The translations under genes and the position numbers were made by a program. A stretch of DNA of 64,000 bases, from the NCBI GenBank assembly GCA_965248575.1, contig CBDFJQ010000002.1, positions 64,001 through 128,000 on the forward strand. Reading direction: 5' to 3'. How positions within the stretch are numbered: position 1 is the stretch's first letter; each line of letters opens with the position of its first letter. Origin of the DNA: Planctomycetota bacterium (GTDB lineage: Bacteria > Planctomycetota > B15-G4). Under the pieces are notes generated by a model. That model was not told the DNA's origin, searched no databases, and was given only the letters and a program-made list of their open reading frames with translations. This document shows, piece by piece, positions 29,650-37,842 of the stretch.

Positions 29650-30806
29650 TGACGATTGTGGAGCCGATGGCGATCTCCGAAGAACAGGAGATGCTCCGAG
29701 ACACTGTGCGCAGCTTTGCGCGGGAAGAGCTCCTCCCCCAGGCGGTTGAGATTGATCGAGAGGCGCGCTTTCCAACGGACACCTTCGCCAAGTTGGCGGA
29801 GCTGGGCCTCCTGGGCATGCCCATCCCGGAGGAGTATGAAGGGGTCAACATCGACTCCGTGGCCTCCAGCCTGGTGATCGCCGAGTTGGCCAAGGCCTGC
29901 GGCTCCACGGCGCTCGGCGTCGCTGCCCACAACTCCCTCTGTCTGTGGCCGATCTACTCCTTCGGGGATGATGAGCAGCGCGCCAAATATGTGCCTGACC
30001 TGGCCTCCGGACGGAAGCTCGGCGCCTTCGGTCTGACGGAAGCCAACGCCGGTTCAGACTCCGGTGGCACCCAGACCACCGCCGTTCGTGACGGAGACCA
30101 CTGGGTGCTCAACGGCACCAAGTGCTTCATCACCAACGCCAACTATGCGGACACCTTCATCGTCACGGCGGTGACGGACAAGGACGCTGGAACCAAGGCT
30201 GGAATCAGCTCGTTCATCCTCGAGCGCGGCATGGAGGGCTTCGGCATCCACAAGGGTGACGAGAAGCTGGGCATGCGCGGCTCCGATTGGGGTGAGCTGA
30301 CCTTCCAGGACCTGCGCATCCCCGACTCGCAACTGTTGGGCGAGGAAGGGCATGGCTTCGTGAACTTCATGAAGACCCTGGATGGCGGGCGCGTGGGAAT
30401 CGCTGCGCTCGCCCTAGGTCTCGCGGAAGGCGCTTTTGAACTGGCTCTGAAGTACAGCCAAGAACGGGAAGCCTTCGGGAAGCCCATCGCCAAGAAGCAG
30501 GCGGTCGCGTTCATGCTGGCGGACATGGCCACCCAGATCGAAGCTGCCCGCGGGCTGGTCCGCACCGCAGCCTTGCGCAAGGATGCGGGCTTGCCGTACA
30601 GCAAGGAAGCTGCCATGGCGAAGCTCTTCAGCTCCGAAATCGCCATGAAGGTGACCTATGACGCCATCCAAGTGCATGGCGGCTATGGCTTCACCACCGA
30701 ATACCACGTCGAGCGGATGTACCGCGACGCCAAACTATGCACCATCGGCGAAGGCACGAGCGAGATTCAGCGCATCGTGATCAGCCGCGAAATCCTGAAC
30801 CACTGA
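29649..30806 (+). CDS. Acyl-CoA dehydrogenase
   Basis: FGLTEANAGSD, KCFITNA, KLGMRGS, LDGGRVGI, QVHGGYGF, TIGEGTSE. Confidence 0.93.
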   Translation: MTIVEPMAISEEQEMLRDTVRSFAREELLPQAVEIDREARFPTDTFAKLAELGLLGMPIPEEYEGVNIDSVASSLVIAELAKACGSTALGVAAHNSLCLWPIYSFGDDEQRAKYVPDLASGRKLGAFGLTEANAGSDSGGTQTTAVRDGDHWVLNGTKCFITNANYADTFIVTAVTDKDAGTKAGISSFILERGMEGFGIHKGDEKLGMRGSDWGELTFQDLRIPDSQLLGEEGHGFVNFMKTLDGGRVGIAALALGLAEGAFELALKYSQEREAFGKPIAKKQAVAFMLADMATQIEAARGLVRTAALRKDAGLPYSKEAAMAKLFSSEIAMKVTYDAIQVHGGYGFTTEYHVERMYRDAKLCTIGEGTSEIQRIVISREILNH

Positions 30807-30834
30807 CGCAGTCCCTACCCCGTCCCAGGACGCT

Positions 30835-33000
30835 ATGACCGCGAACAACACACTGGCCGATGCGGCCGCTTCTGGGGGTGTCGAAGCCCTCGAGTCCATC
30901 TGGCTCGAAAGCATGGAGGACCCGCAAGAGGCGCGGGCCTATCTCGATGCCTTGGAGGCCTTGCCCGACGCCCACCAGCGAGGAGCCGCTCCGGCCTTGC
31001 TTCCGGCGCTCCTGGAGGCATTCCAGGCACGGGATGCCCACCACGATGTGCTCGAAGTGGTCAAGGCGATGTACGCCTTCCACGTCGGTCCACGGGGGCA
31101 GGACCTGTGCCAGGTGAGCCTGGACGCCATCGCCTCCCTCTATGCGAAGGAAGACTGGTACGAACTCTTCCTCGGCCTGGCGAAGATCGACGACCTGGAT
31201 CCTTCCGAGGGCGTTGAACGGTTCCAGAAGCTCGTGGCCTTGCTGCCCGGCTCGCCCATCTACCATCGAACCGGTTGGGGCGATGGCGTCGTGACCGGTA
31301 CCGATCTCCCGGAGGAGAGCTTCCTGGTGAAGTTCACATCCGAGTCCTTCGAGCGCAGCATGCCGTTCACCACAGGGCTGGATGTGCTCACGGCACTCCC
31401 CGCGGACGACCTTCGTGCGCGCCTGCTCGTCGGTCTGGACGGGCTGAAGACCGATGCCGTGGAGGACCCCTCCTCCCTGGTTCGGGCCGTGGCCCGTCTG
31501 CACCATGGCAAGGCCGCCAGCAAGGAGATCAAGCAGTGGTTGTGTGGCCCCGTGATCGAGGCCAGTGGCTGGGCGAGTTGGTGGCGCAAGGCGAAGGTGG
31601 CCGCTGCCGCTGACCCCTACATCAAGGTGGACAACCCGAGCCGTCCCGTCTTCGTGCTGCGCAAACGTGCGTTGTCAGCGGATGACGAAGCGCTCGAGGC
31701 CATGTCCCGGGCCGAAGGTCTGGCTGGCTTGCTGAACGTGATTCGCGGGCCGCTGTCGCTGGAACCCAGCGAGGCGCTGAAGACCTCCATGTTGGACCGA
31801 CTCGCAGAGGGTGTGACGGACCAGGAGGCCGAGTCGATCGCACGTGCCGAAGCTGCCGTGGCGCTCATGCGTCATGGGCGCTGGACCGCTGAGGAAGCTG
31901 GAAAGTTCCTGAGCGGACTGGTGGAGGGAGACCCCCTCGGCTTTGGAGGTCTGGTGGCGCGCATGAACCCGGCCCCCTTGCGTCGAGAGGCGCTGGAGGC
32001 CTACATCGCCGCGGACCCCACGCTCTGGTCGGATGGTCTGATCGGCAACCTGGCTGTCCTGCCGCCGCACATCCTCGAAGTCGTTGCGGATCGCCTGGTG
32101 GCAGAGGGACGTAGCGCCGCCCTGGCCAACCGCATGCACATCTTATTGCTCAGCCCGAGCAAGCAGCCGGCAACGGTGCTTCGCCTCGCGAAGCGCTACG
32201 CAGCGGGCTTGTTCAAGGGGCAGGACGAGGCGCCCGCCGTCGCGGAGGTCTTCATGGGCATCCTGCATCTGGCAGAAACCCAGGCCTTCCCCGCACTGCG
32301 CGGCAAGAAGGATGCCAAGGACACCATGGAAGGGGTGCTGGACCTGTTCAACGGGAAGCGCGCCAGCCTGCTGAAGACCTTCTCCGAGGAAGCGACCCGC
32401 ACCCAGATGGAGCGGGCCATGGGTGTGTTGGCTCGTTGTCGGGCCATGCCGGACGCCATCGTGTCGGCGATCGCGACCTCCTGTAAGGAGCGCTTTCCGG
32501 ATCTCGTGCCTCGGGACGAGACGCCCTTCTGGGACAGCGCCAACATCTTCTCCAGCCGCGATGGCATCGCCAGCCGGCAGGAAGAGTACAGGGTGCTGTT
32601 GGAAGTGAAGATCCCGGAGAACAGCGAGGCCATCGGCAAGGCTGCCTCGTACGGCGACCTTTCGGAGAACTTCGAATGGACCGCTGCCATCGAGCAGCAG
32701 CGCCAGTTGACCGAGAAGGCCGCAGCGATGGAGGCGGAGCTCAAGATCGCCCGTGCCATCGAGGACCAGGAACTCACAGGAGACGTGGTCGCTCCTGGCA
32801 TGCGCGTGACGTACAAGCAAGCCGGGAAGACACAGGAGATCGTCATTCTGGGCCCGTGGGATCGTGGTGAGGGAGTGGTGAGCTATCGCGCCCCTGTGGC
32901 TGCCGGGATGTTGGGTTCGGCCGTGGGTGCCGAGGCAACGCTCGAGCTGCCTGACGGCAAGGTGGAGGTCACCGTCCTCTCCGTGAGCCAGGCCGTTTGA
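30835..33000 (+). CDS. greA: GreA/GreB-domain protein with ~570-aa N-terminal extension
   Basis: C-terminal IPENSEAIGKAASYGDLSENFEW, ILGPWD...VSYRAPVA..MLG. Confidence 0.75.
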   Translation: MTANNTLADAAASGGVEALESIWLESMEDPQEARAYLDALEALPDAHQRGAAPALLPALLEAFQARDAHHDVLEVVKAMYAFHVGPRGQDLCQVSLDAIASLYAKEDWYELFLGLAKIDDLDPSEGVERFQKLVALLPGSPIYHRTGWGDGVVTGTDLPEESFLVKFTSESFERSMPFTTGLDVLTALPADDLRARLLVGLDGLKTDAVEDPSSLVRAVARLHHGKAASKEIKQWLCGPVIEASGWASWWRKAKVAAAADPYIKVDNPSRPVFVLRKRALSADDEALEAMSRAEGLAGLLNVIRGPLSLEPSEALKTSMLDRLAEGVTDQEAESIARAEAAVALMRHGRWTAEEAGKFLSGLVEGDPLGFGGLVARMNPAPLRREALEAYIAADPTLWSDGLIGNLAVLPPHILEVVADRLVAEGRSAALANRMHILLLSPSKQPATVLRLAKRYAAGLFKGQDEAPAVAEVFMGILHLAETQAFPALRGKKDAKDTMEGVLDLFNGKRASLLKTFSEEATRTQMERAMGVLARCRAMPDAIVSAIATSCKERFPDLVPRDETPFWDSANIFSSRDGIASRQEEYRVLLEVKIPENSEAIGKAASYGDLSENFEWTAAIEQQRQLTEKAAAMEAELKIARAIEDQELTGDVVAPGMRVTYKQAGKTQEIVILGPWDRGEGVVSYRAPVAAGMLGSAVGAEATLELPDGKVEVTVLSVSQAV

Positions 33001-33023
33001 GTCGGAGTGGCTGAGCCCCGGCC

Positions 33024-34580
33024 ATGACAGCCTCTGACTCGAGCGACGACCCGCACTCGGCTCCTTCCTCCCACGCAAGGGCGGGGGGGCCGAGTGCCGC
33101 AGAGATCCGCGCGGCCGCCGAGGTCGCTGGCGCCCATCGCGTCAGCCAGCCGTCACCGGAGGGTGATCGGCAGGCCGCTGGGGTCACGCGAGGGCGGTTG
33201 TCGGATCGCCCGGATATGCCGCTGTGGGAGGCGCTCTACGAGCGACGGACGACCCGCAAGTTCGATTCAGGGCGGCCGGTGCCCCGGGAGATCATCCTGG
33301 AGCTCCTGGATGCTGCGCTCATCGCTCCCACGTCCTGCAATTTGCAGATGTGGGACTTCGTGGTTGTCGATGACCCCGACCAGCGAGAGCAGCTCGGCAA
33401 GCTCTCGCTGCAGGTGCTGAGCACACCGGTTTCCATTTTCGTTGCGTATGGCAAGGAGTACAGCGAGGAGGGCTACGCCAACGTGCAGTCCACGGCGGCG
33501 GCCATGCAGAACATGTCCCTGGCTGCGCACGCCCTGGGCATGGGGACATTCTGGATCAACCAGCTGGGGCCGCGGGAGCAGGTGGGACGGATCCTCGGCC
33601 TGCCGGCGGACCGTGAAGTGGTCTGCGCGCTCGGAGTGGGCTGGCCCGAGATCTATCCGACGCGGGTTCCGCGGCGTCGCTCCTTCGAGCACGTGGTGCA
33701 CTGGAATCACTTCGGGGGTCAACCCATCCCCAGCAGCCCGCGCCCAGACGACTGGACGCTGGACCTGATCCGCGACTACCAGCAAGCGCGCGTGCTCAAC
33801 GGCAACCGCTACAACAAGAGCCGTGCGTGGGAGCTGGAGGCAGCCTTGCTGGCGGGGGCACGGCTTGCTGCCCCCGACAAGACGAGCCTGCCGACGGAGG
33901 AATCACCGCGTTGGTTGGATGTCTTGCCTGTCCACGGGTTGTTCACGGGGGCCATGGCGCGCGAACATCGCAGCCACCGATGGGCAGTGCTCGAACTCTC
34001 CGACGACGTAGCTCAATTCTGCGTGAAACGTTGCCCTGCGCAGGTGAAGGCCGAACCCCTGGTGTGGCAGCCCGGTGAGAGCCCCCCTGAGAGCCTTGCT
34101 GACGACGAAGGGAGCTTCGATCGCATCACGGTTCTGCATCGTCTGGAAAGTCTTCCGAGCTCGGAGCAGCAGGCATTCCTCGCAACGCTGAAGGGGCTCT
34201 TGGCCCCGAACGGGCGTCTGCTCCTGAAGGTGGTCAGTGCACGTTCGTTCCACGGACTGGCGAGTTGGATGCACGCCCGTCGGGGCGGACCGGGCGGAGT
34301 GGAGTACGTGCTGGCCCCCGACCCGAACCTGGGGCCTTTCGAAGCCCTGCTCCCTGCGCAGGTACAACGCATGTTCAAGGCGCTGGGCTTCCGAGTCGTG
34401 GAGGAGATCGCCGAAGACATCGTTCCCTCGGTGACCGAAGTGGATTTCCGGACCCGCAACATGCGAGGGCTGAAGCGGCTGATCGTGCGTGGCGGCGTGG
34501 GTGCGGCAAGGCTCCTGGCGCACCTCCCAGGCGCCCGCGCCCTGGCTCGTAGCAGGACATGGATTCTTGAGACTGGGTGA
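33024..34580 (+). CDS. Nitroreductase fused to a methyltransferase-like C-terminal domain
   Basis: RRTTRKF, APTSCNLQMWDFVVV, QNMSLAAHALGMGTFW; C-terminal FDRITVLHRLE...LLAPNGRLLL; start may lie downstream. Confidence 0.75.
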   Translation: MTASDSSDDPHSAPSSHARAGGPSAAEIRAAAEVAGAHRVSQPSPEGDRQAAGVTRGRLSDRPDMPLWEALYERRTTRKFDSGRPVPREIILELLDAALIAPTSCNLQMWDFVVVDDPDQREQLGKLSLQVLSTPVSIFVAYGKEYSEEGYANVQSTAAAMQNMSLAAHALGMGTFWINQLGPREQVGRILGLPADREVVCALGVGWPEIYPTRVPRRRSFEHVVHWNHFGGQPIPSSPRPDDWTLDLIRDYQQARVLNGNRYNKSRAWELEAALLAGARLAAPDKTSLPTEESPRWLDVLPVHGLFTGAMAREHRSHRWAVLELSDDVAQFCVKRCPAQVKAEPLVWQPGESPPESLADDEGSFDRITVLHRLESLPSSEQQAFLATLKGLLAPNGRLLLKVVSARSFHGLASWMHARRGGPGGVEYVLAPDPNLGPFEALLPAQVQRMFKALGFRVVEEIAEDIVPSVTEVDFRTRNMRGLKRLIVRGGVGAARLLAHLPGARALARSRTWILETG

Positions 34581-35089
34581 GCCCACATGCTGAGGAGCAG
34601 AACCAGATGGCTGCAGTAAGCCCCGTGCAGGATGATTTCGCGTCGGGAGCGGTCCGCGCACTCGTGGCACTTCACGCTGAGGAGCTGAGCAGCTTCCTCG
34701 AGACCTGGCGCGCTGCCGAGGCCCAGGGCTTGGCGTTGCCGGCCACTGAGGACCCCAGCTACGCCTCCCGTGAACATCTGCTCGTCCACGTGCTGGCCTG
34801 CGCAGCAGGGTACCTGGTGTGGATCTGTGAGCAGCTGGAGGCTACGCCGCCTGATCTCGACCGGAGCCCGCCGCCGGAGGGCTTTGGAGCCGCGGCGGGG
34901 ACCCACATGGAGAAGACCCTGGCAGCCTGGGATGTCAGCTTGCGCGAACTCACCGAGGCGCAGATCGACGGCCCTGCCTACAACTCACGCTGGGGCGTTC
35001 CCTACTGCATCGACTCCATGCTGGAGCACGCGGTGATGCACCCCATGCGGCACCGCCACCAACTGGAGCACCTGATGGGGGCGACCTAG
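34577..35089 (+). CDS. DinB/YfiT-superfamily protein
   Basis: LLVHV...; C-terminal MLEHAVMHPMRHRHQL. Confidence 0.65.
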   Translation: MSPHAEEQNQMAAVSPVQDDFASGAVRALVALHAEELSSFLETWRAAEAQGLALPATEDPSYASREHLLVHVLACAAGYLVWICEQLEATPPDLDRSPPPEGFGAAAGTHMEKTLAAWDVSLRELTEAQIDGPAYNSRWGVPYCIDSMLEHAVMHPMRHRHQLEHLMGAT

Positions 35090-35925
35090 AGCCAGGGCGC
35101 TTCGTGGGTGGCGGAGATGTTCTGCAGCACGCGCCGGCCGACGCCTTGCGTGGCCCGCTCCACGAGTGTCGGCGCCTGTGTCGGTGCTGGTGTCGTCGCC
35201 GGGGTGGGCAAAGGCAGAGGGCCGCGCACGCTTGTCACTTCCGCATCACGGATGTGCAGCGCGACATGACCTTGTTCGCCTCCCAGGTGTCGCATCAGTG
35301 CGACAACGAAGAGTGAGGCGCCCAGCATCTCCATGGTCCCTTCCACGGCATCGATCAGCACGTAGCCCATGTTGTCCGAGCCATAGGTGTCCGTCCAGAG
35401 GCCGAGCGGCAGCTCCATGAGCAGGGCTCCGCCGACGAAGATGCTGCCGGCCGTGACGAAATCCTTGCGCGTAACCGTGGGTAGATGCCTCAGGAACGGG
35501 AAGTAGGCACACCAACCGACGAACAGGATCACGGTGGTAGGAATCACCCAGTTGAAGCGTAGGAGGCTGGCGTCGGAGTCGACCAGGCCATGCAATCCTT
35601 CGTGCAGCACGGTCGCTTCGTCGAGGGAGATGTAGAAGAAGGTGAGTGAGAGGAAGGCCCAGTGGATCAGGAAGCGCCCCTTGTTCCTGTGCAGCTTGCA
35701 GGCGACCAGTGCAAGCAGGGCTGCGCTGAGGGCATGCAGGGTCGAGGAGAACCAGGTCGGGAGGTTCTGCTCGTCGCTCAGGGAGAGAGCCTCCTTGAAG
35801 GGGCCTACGAGCTCGCGGTCAGCCTCGTAGTAGGCCGTCACCGAGGCGCTGCCCAGGAAGGCGATCACTGCGGTGGCCGAGAACAGGATGCGGCGCACGA
35901 CTCGTGGTGAGAGATTCAGATCCAT
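35086..35925 (-). CDS. Hypothetical multi-pass membrane protein
   Basis: 6-7 TM segments with EQNLPTWFSS, YISLDE...HE, EGTMEMLG motifs. Confidence 0.75.
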   Translation of the reverse strand: MDLNLSPRVVRRILFSATAVIAFLGSASVTAYYEADRELVGPFKEALSLSDEQNLPTWFSSTLHALSAALLALVACKLHRNKGRFLIHWAFLSLTFFYISLDEATVLHEGLHGLVDSDASLLRFNWVIPTTVILFVGWCAYFPFLRHLPTVTRKDFVTAGSIFVGGALLMELPLGLWTDTYGSDNMGYVLIDAVEGTMEMLGASLFVVALMRHLGGEQGHVALHIRDAEVTSVRGPLPLPTPATTPAPTQAPTLVERATQGVGRRVLQNISATHEAPWL

Positions 35926-36300
35926 GGGGTCTTCGAGGGTCTCCGGGGCGGGCGCCCACGAATGGATGCCGGAACATCTCCGCCTGTCTGCTCGGGCGAT
36001 TGAGCCATTGAGCATGAGGAGCAGGGCGTCGCCGCGGGCGGTGCAGACGGCGTGTCTCCGGGGCGGCCCCCTGCTCGGTGCTTCTGACGGACGCCCGGTG
36101 CCAGCTCAAGGAGCGCTCGGCGAGCCCCCTGGGGGTCCGGAATCAGGGCTGAACCTGCCGTTGGAGGGGCAGTCCGCGTATGCTGGGGGCTGGGCGTGCG
36201 CACACCGGCAGGGCAGGGTCTGCCTCGTGGGGCTCCCCTGGCGATGGGCCTCCAGCACATTCAACGCGCTGGCCGCGACCGAAGACTCAGGAGTACGAGA

Positions 36301-37032
36301 ATGGCATCGACCTCCTCTGGCATCCCCGGCGGACGCATGGCGCAGTACGCGATGCTCGTGGCCACCGTTCCCGGTTTGGAGCGAAGGGGCAGCAAGACGC
36401 CTTACACCTCCCTGAACGGCAACATGTCCAGTTTCCTGACGGACACTGGCGTGTTGGCGCTCCGACTGGAAACAGAGGCTCGTGAGACTTTCATGCACGA
36501 GCATCGAGCAGAGCTGTGTCAGCGGCACGGGCGCGTCATGCGGGAGTATGTGGCTGTGCCCGAGGCTCTCTGGAAACAACGCACGGTGCTGCGGCGGGCG
36601 TTCATGTCCAGCGTCGCCTATGTGGGGACCCTGAAACCCAAGGTCAGCAAGCGCAAGGCACCCGCCAAGAAAGCCGCCAAGCCAGCGGCGAAGAAGGTAG
36701 CCCCCGCCGCCGCCCCCGTGTCCGGGAAGAAGAAGGCGAGTGTCTCGAAGGCCGCGGCCAAGGTGGCCATCCGCAAGAAGCCTGCAGCGAAGAAGCCTGC
36801 AGCGAAGAAGCCCGCAGCGAAGAAGCCTGCAGCGAAGAAGCCCGCTGCGAAGAAGCCTGCTGCCAAGAAGCCTGCTGCCAAGAAGCCTGCTGCCAAGAAG
36901 CCTGCTGCCAAGAAGCCCGCGAAGAAGCCAGCCGCCAGGAGGAAGCTCGCCACCAAGACGGTGGTCAAGGCGCGATCGCCCGCGAAGAAGGCATCGGCGA
37001 AGCGGCCCAAGAAGGTCGCGAAGAAGCGCTAG
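36301..37032 (+). CDS. TfoX-like N-terminal domain fused to a histone-H1-like (PAAKK)n tail
   Basis: ATG 36301 after AGGAG; globular PYTSLNGNM...LALRL...VMREYVAVP...YV.TLKPK then Lys/Ala-rich repeats. Confidence 0.75.
   Translation: MASTSSGIPGGRMAQYAMLVATVPGLERRGSKTPYTSLNGNMSSFLTDTGVLALRLETEARETFMHEHRAELCQRHGRVMREYVAVPEALWKQRTVLRRAFMSSVAYVGTLKPKVSKRKAPAKKAAKPAAKKVAPAAAPVSGKKKASVSKAAAKVAIRKKPAAKKPAAKKPAAKKPAAKKPAAKKPAAKKPAAKKPAAKKPAAKKPAKKPAARRKLATKTVVKARSPAKKASAKRPKKVAKKR
36781..36915 (+). repeat. 15-bp coding tandem repeat x9 (PAAKK)
   Basis: Nine 15-bp units such as CCTGCAGCGAAGAAG and CCTGCTGCCAAGAAG with synonymous variation. Confidence 0.95.
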
Positions 37033-37577
37033 CCAGGCGGCGCCCACGCACCCGCATAGCGCGTGTGGTAGGGAGCGACCTCCTCACACAGCAACCCGTG
37101 CAGCAGGCCCAGGATCTGTCGCATGTGATGGTGGTCGTGGTCGACCCATGCACCCAGCAGGTCTCCGGCGCTGAGGGGGCCCAAGACCGGGTGCTTGTTC
37201 GTGAGCGTCCAATCCGGGCGCTCAAGGGAGTCCAGCCACGCCAAGGAGTCAGCTCGCTCCTGGAGGAATCGGTCGAGCGAGGCTTGGAACTCCTGGCGCT
37301 CGTAGTGACGTGACTCCACCCAGCCTTCGGGATCGATCCCAGGCCACGGCTCCGTGCTCTCTGCCAGTGTGTTGCGGATTCTCGGTTTGAAGTCGTCCCG
37401 CTCTTCGTCCGCCAGGTGGTTGACGACAAGCAGCAGCGACCACTTGCCGGGAGCCGGCGTCCAGCGAATCCAGTCCGCGGAGCCATCGGCTGTTTCATGG
37501 ATCGGAAGGCCCCCCAGCAGTGCCCGAAAGGCGGCAGCGTTCCGTCGCAGGCGTTCTCGCAACAGACTGAGTTCCAT
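37029..37577 (-). CDS. DinB family protein
   Basis: PAPGKWS...VNHLADEE, FLQERADSL, WVDHDHHHMRQI. Confidence 0.8.
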   Translation of the reverse strand: MELSLLRERLRRNAAAFRALLGGLPIHETADGSADWIRWTPAPGKWSLLLVVNHLADEERDDFKPRIRNTLAESTEPWPGIDPEGWVESRHYERQEFQASLDRFLQERADSLAWLDSLERPDWTLTNKHPVLGPLSAGDLLGAWVDHDHHHMRQILGLLHGLLCEEVAPYHTRYAGAWAPPG

Positions 37578-37842
37578 GATGCAGATCTCCCTGGCATGGG
37601 TCGGGCACCGGCGATGCGGTTTGGAGCGTAGCATTGCCCGCTTGGTGTAAAGGGGGGGGGCGGGGTGAAGGCCAGGGACTTCGTGCGTGACGACGCCGAT
37701 CACAGTCACCGGCACAGCCATGTGACTCGCGGGTGCGCGAGCGCTAATGGGCGGGAGCTGGCACACTCTGTTGACTCTTCCCATTGACTCTTTGACAGCG
37801 CCGGACGGATATCGTCGCCGTCGCCCCCCAGGGCCCGAACCC

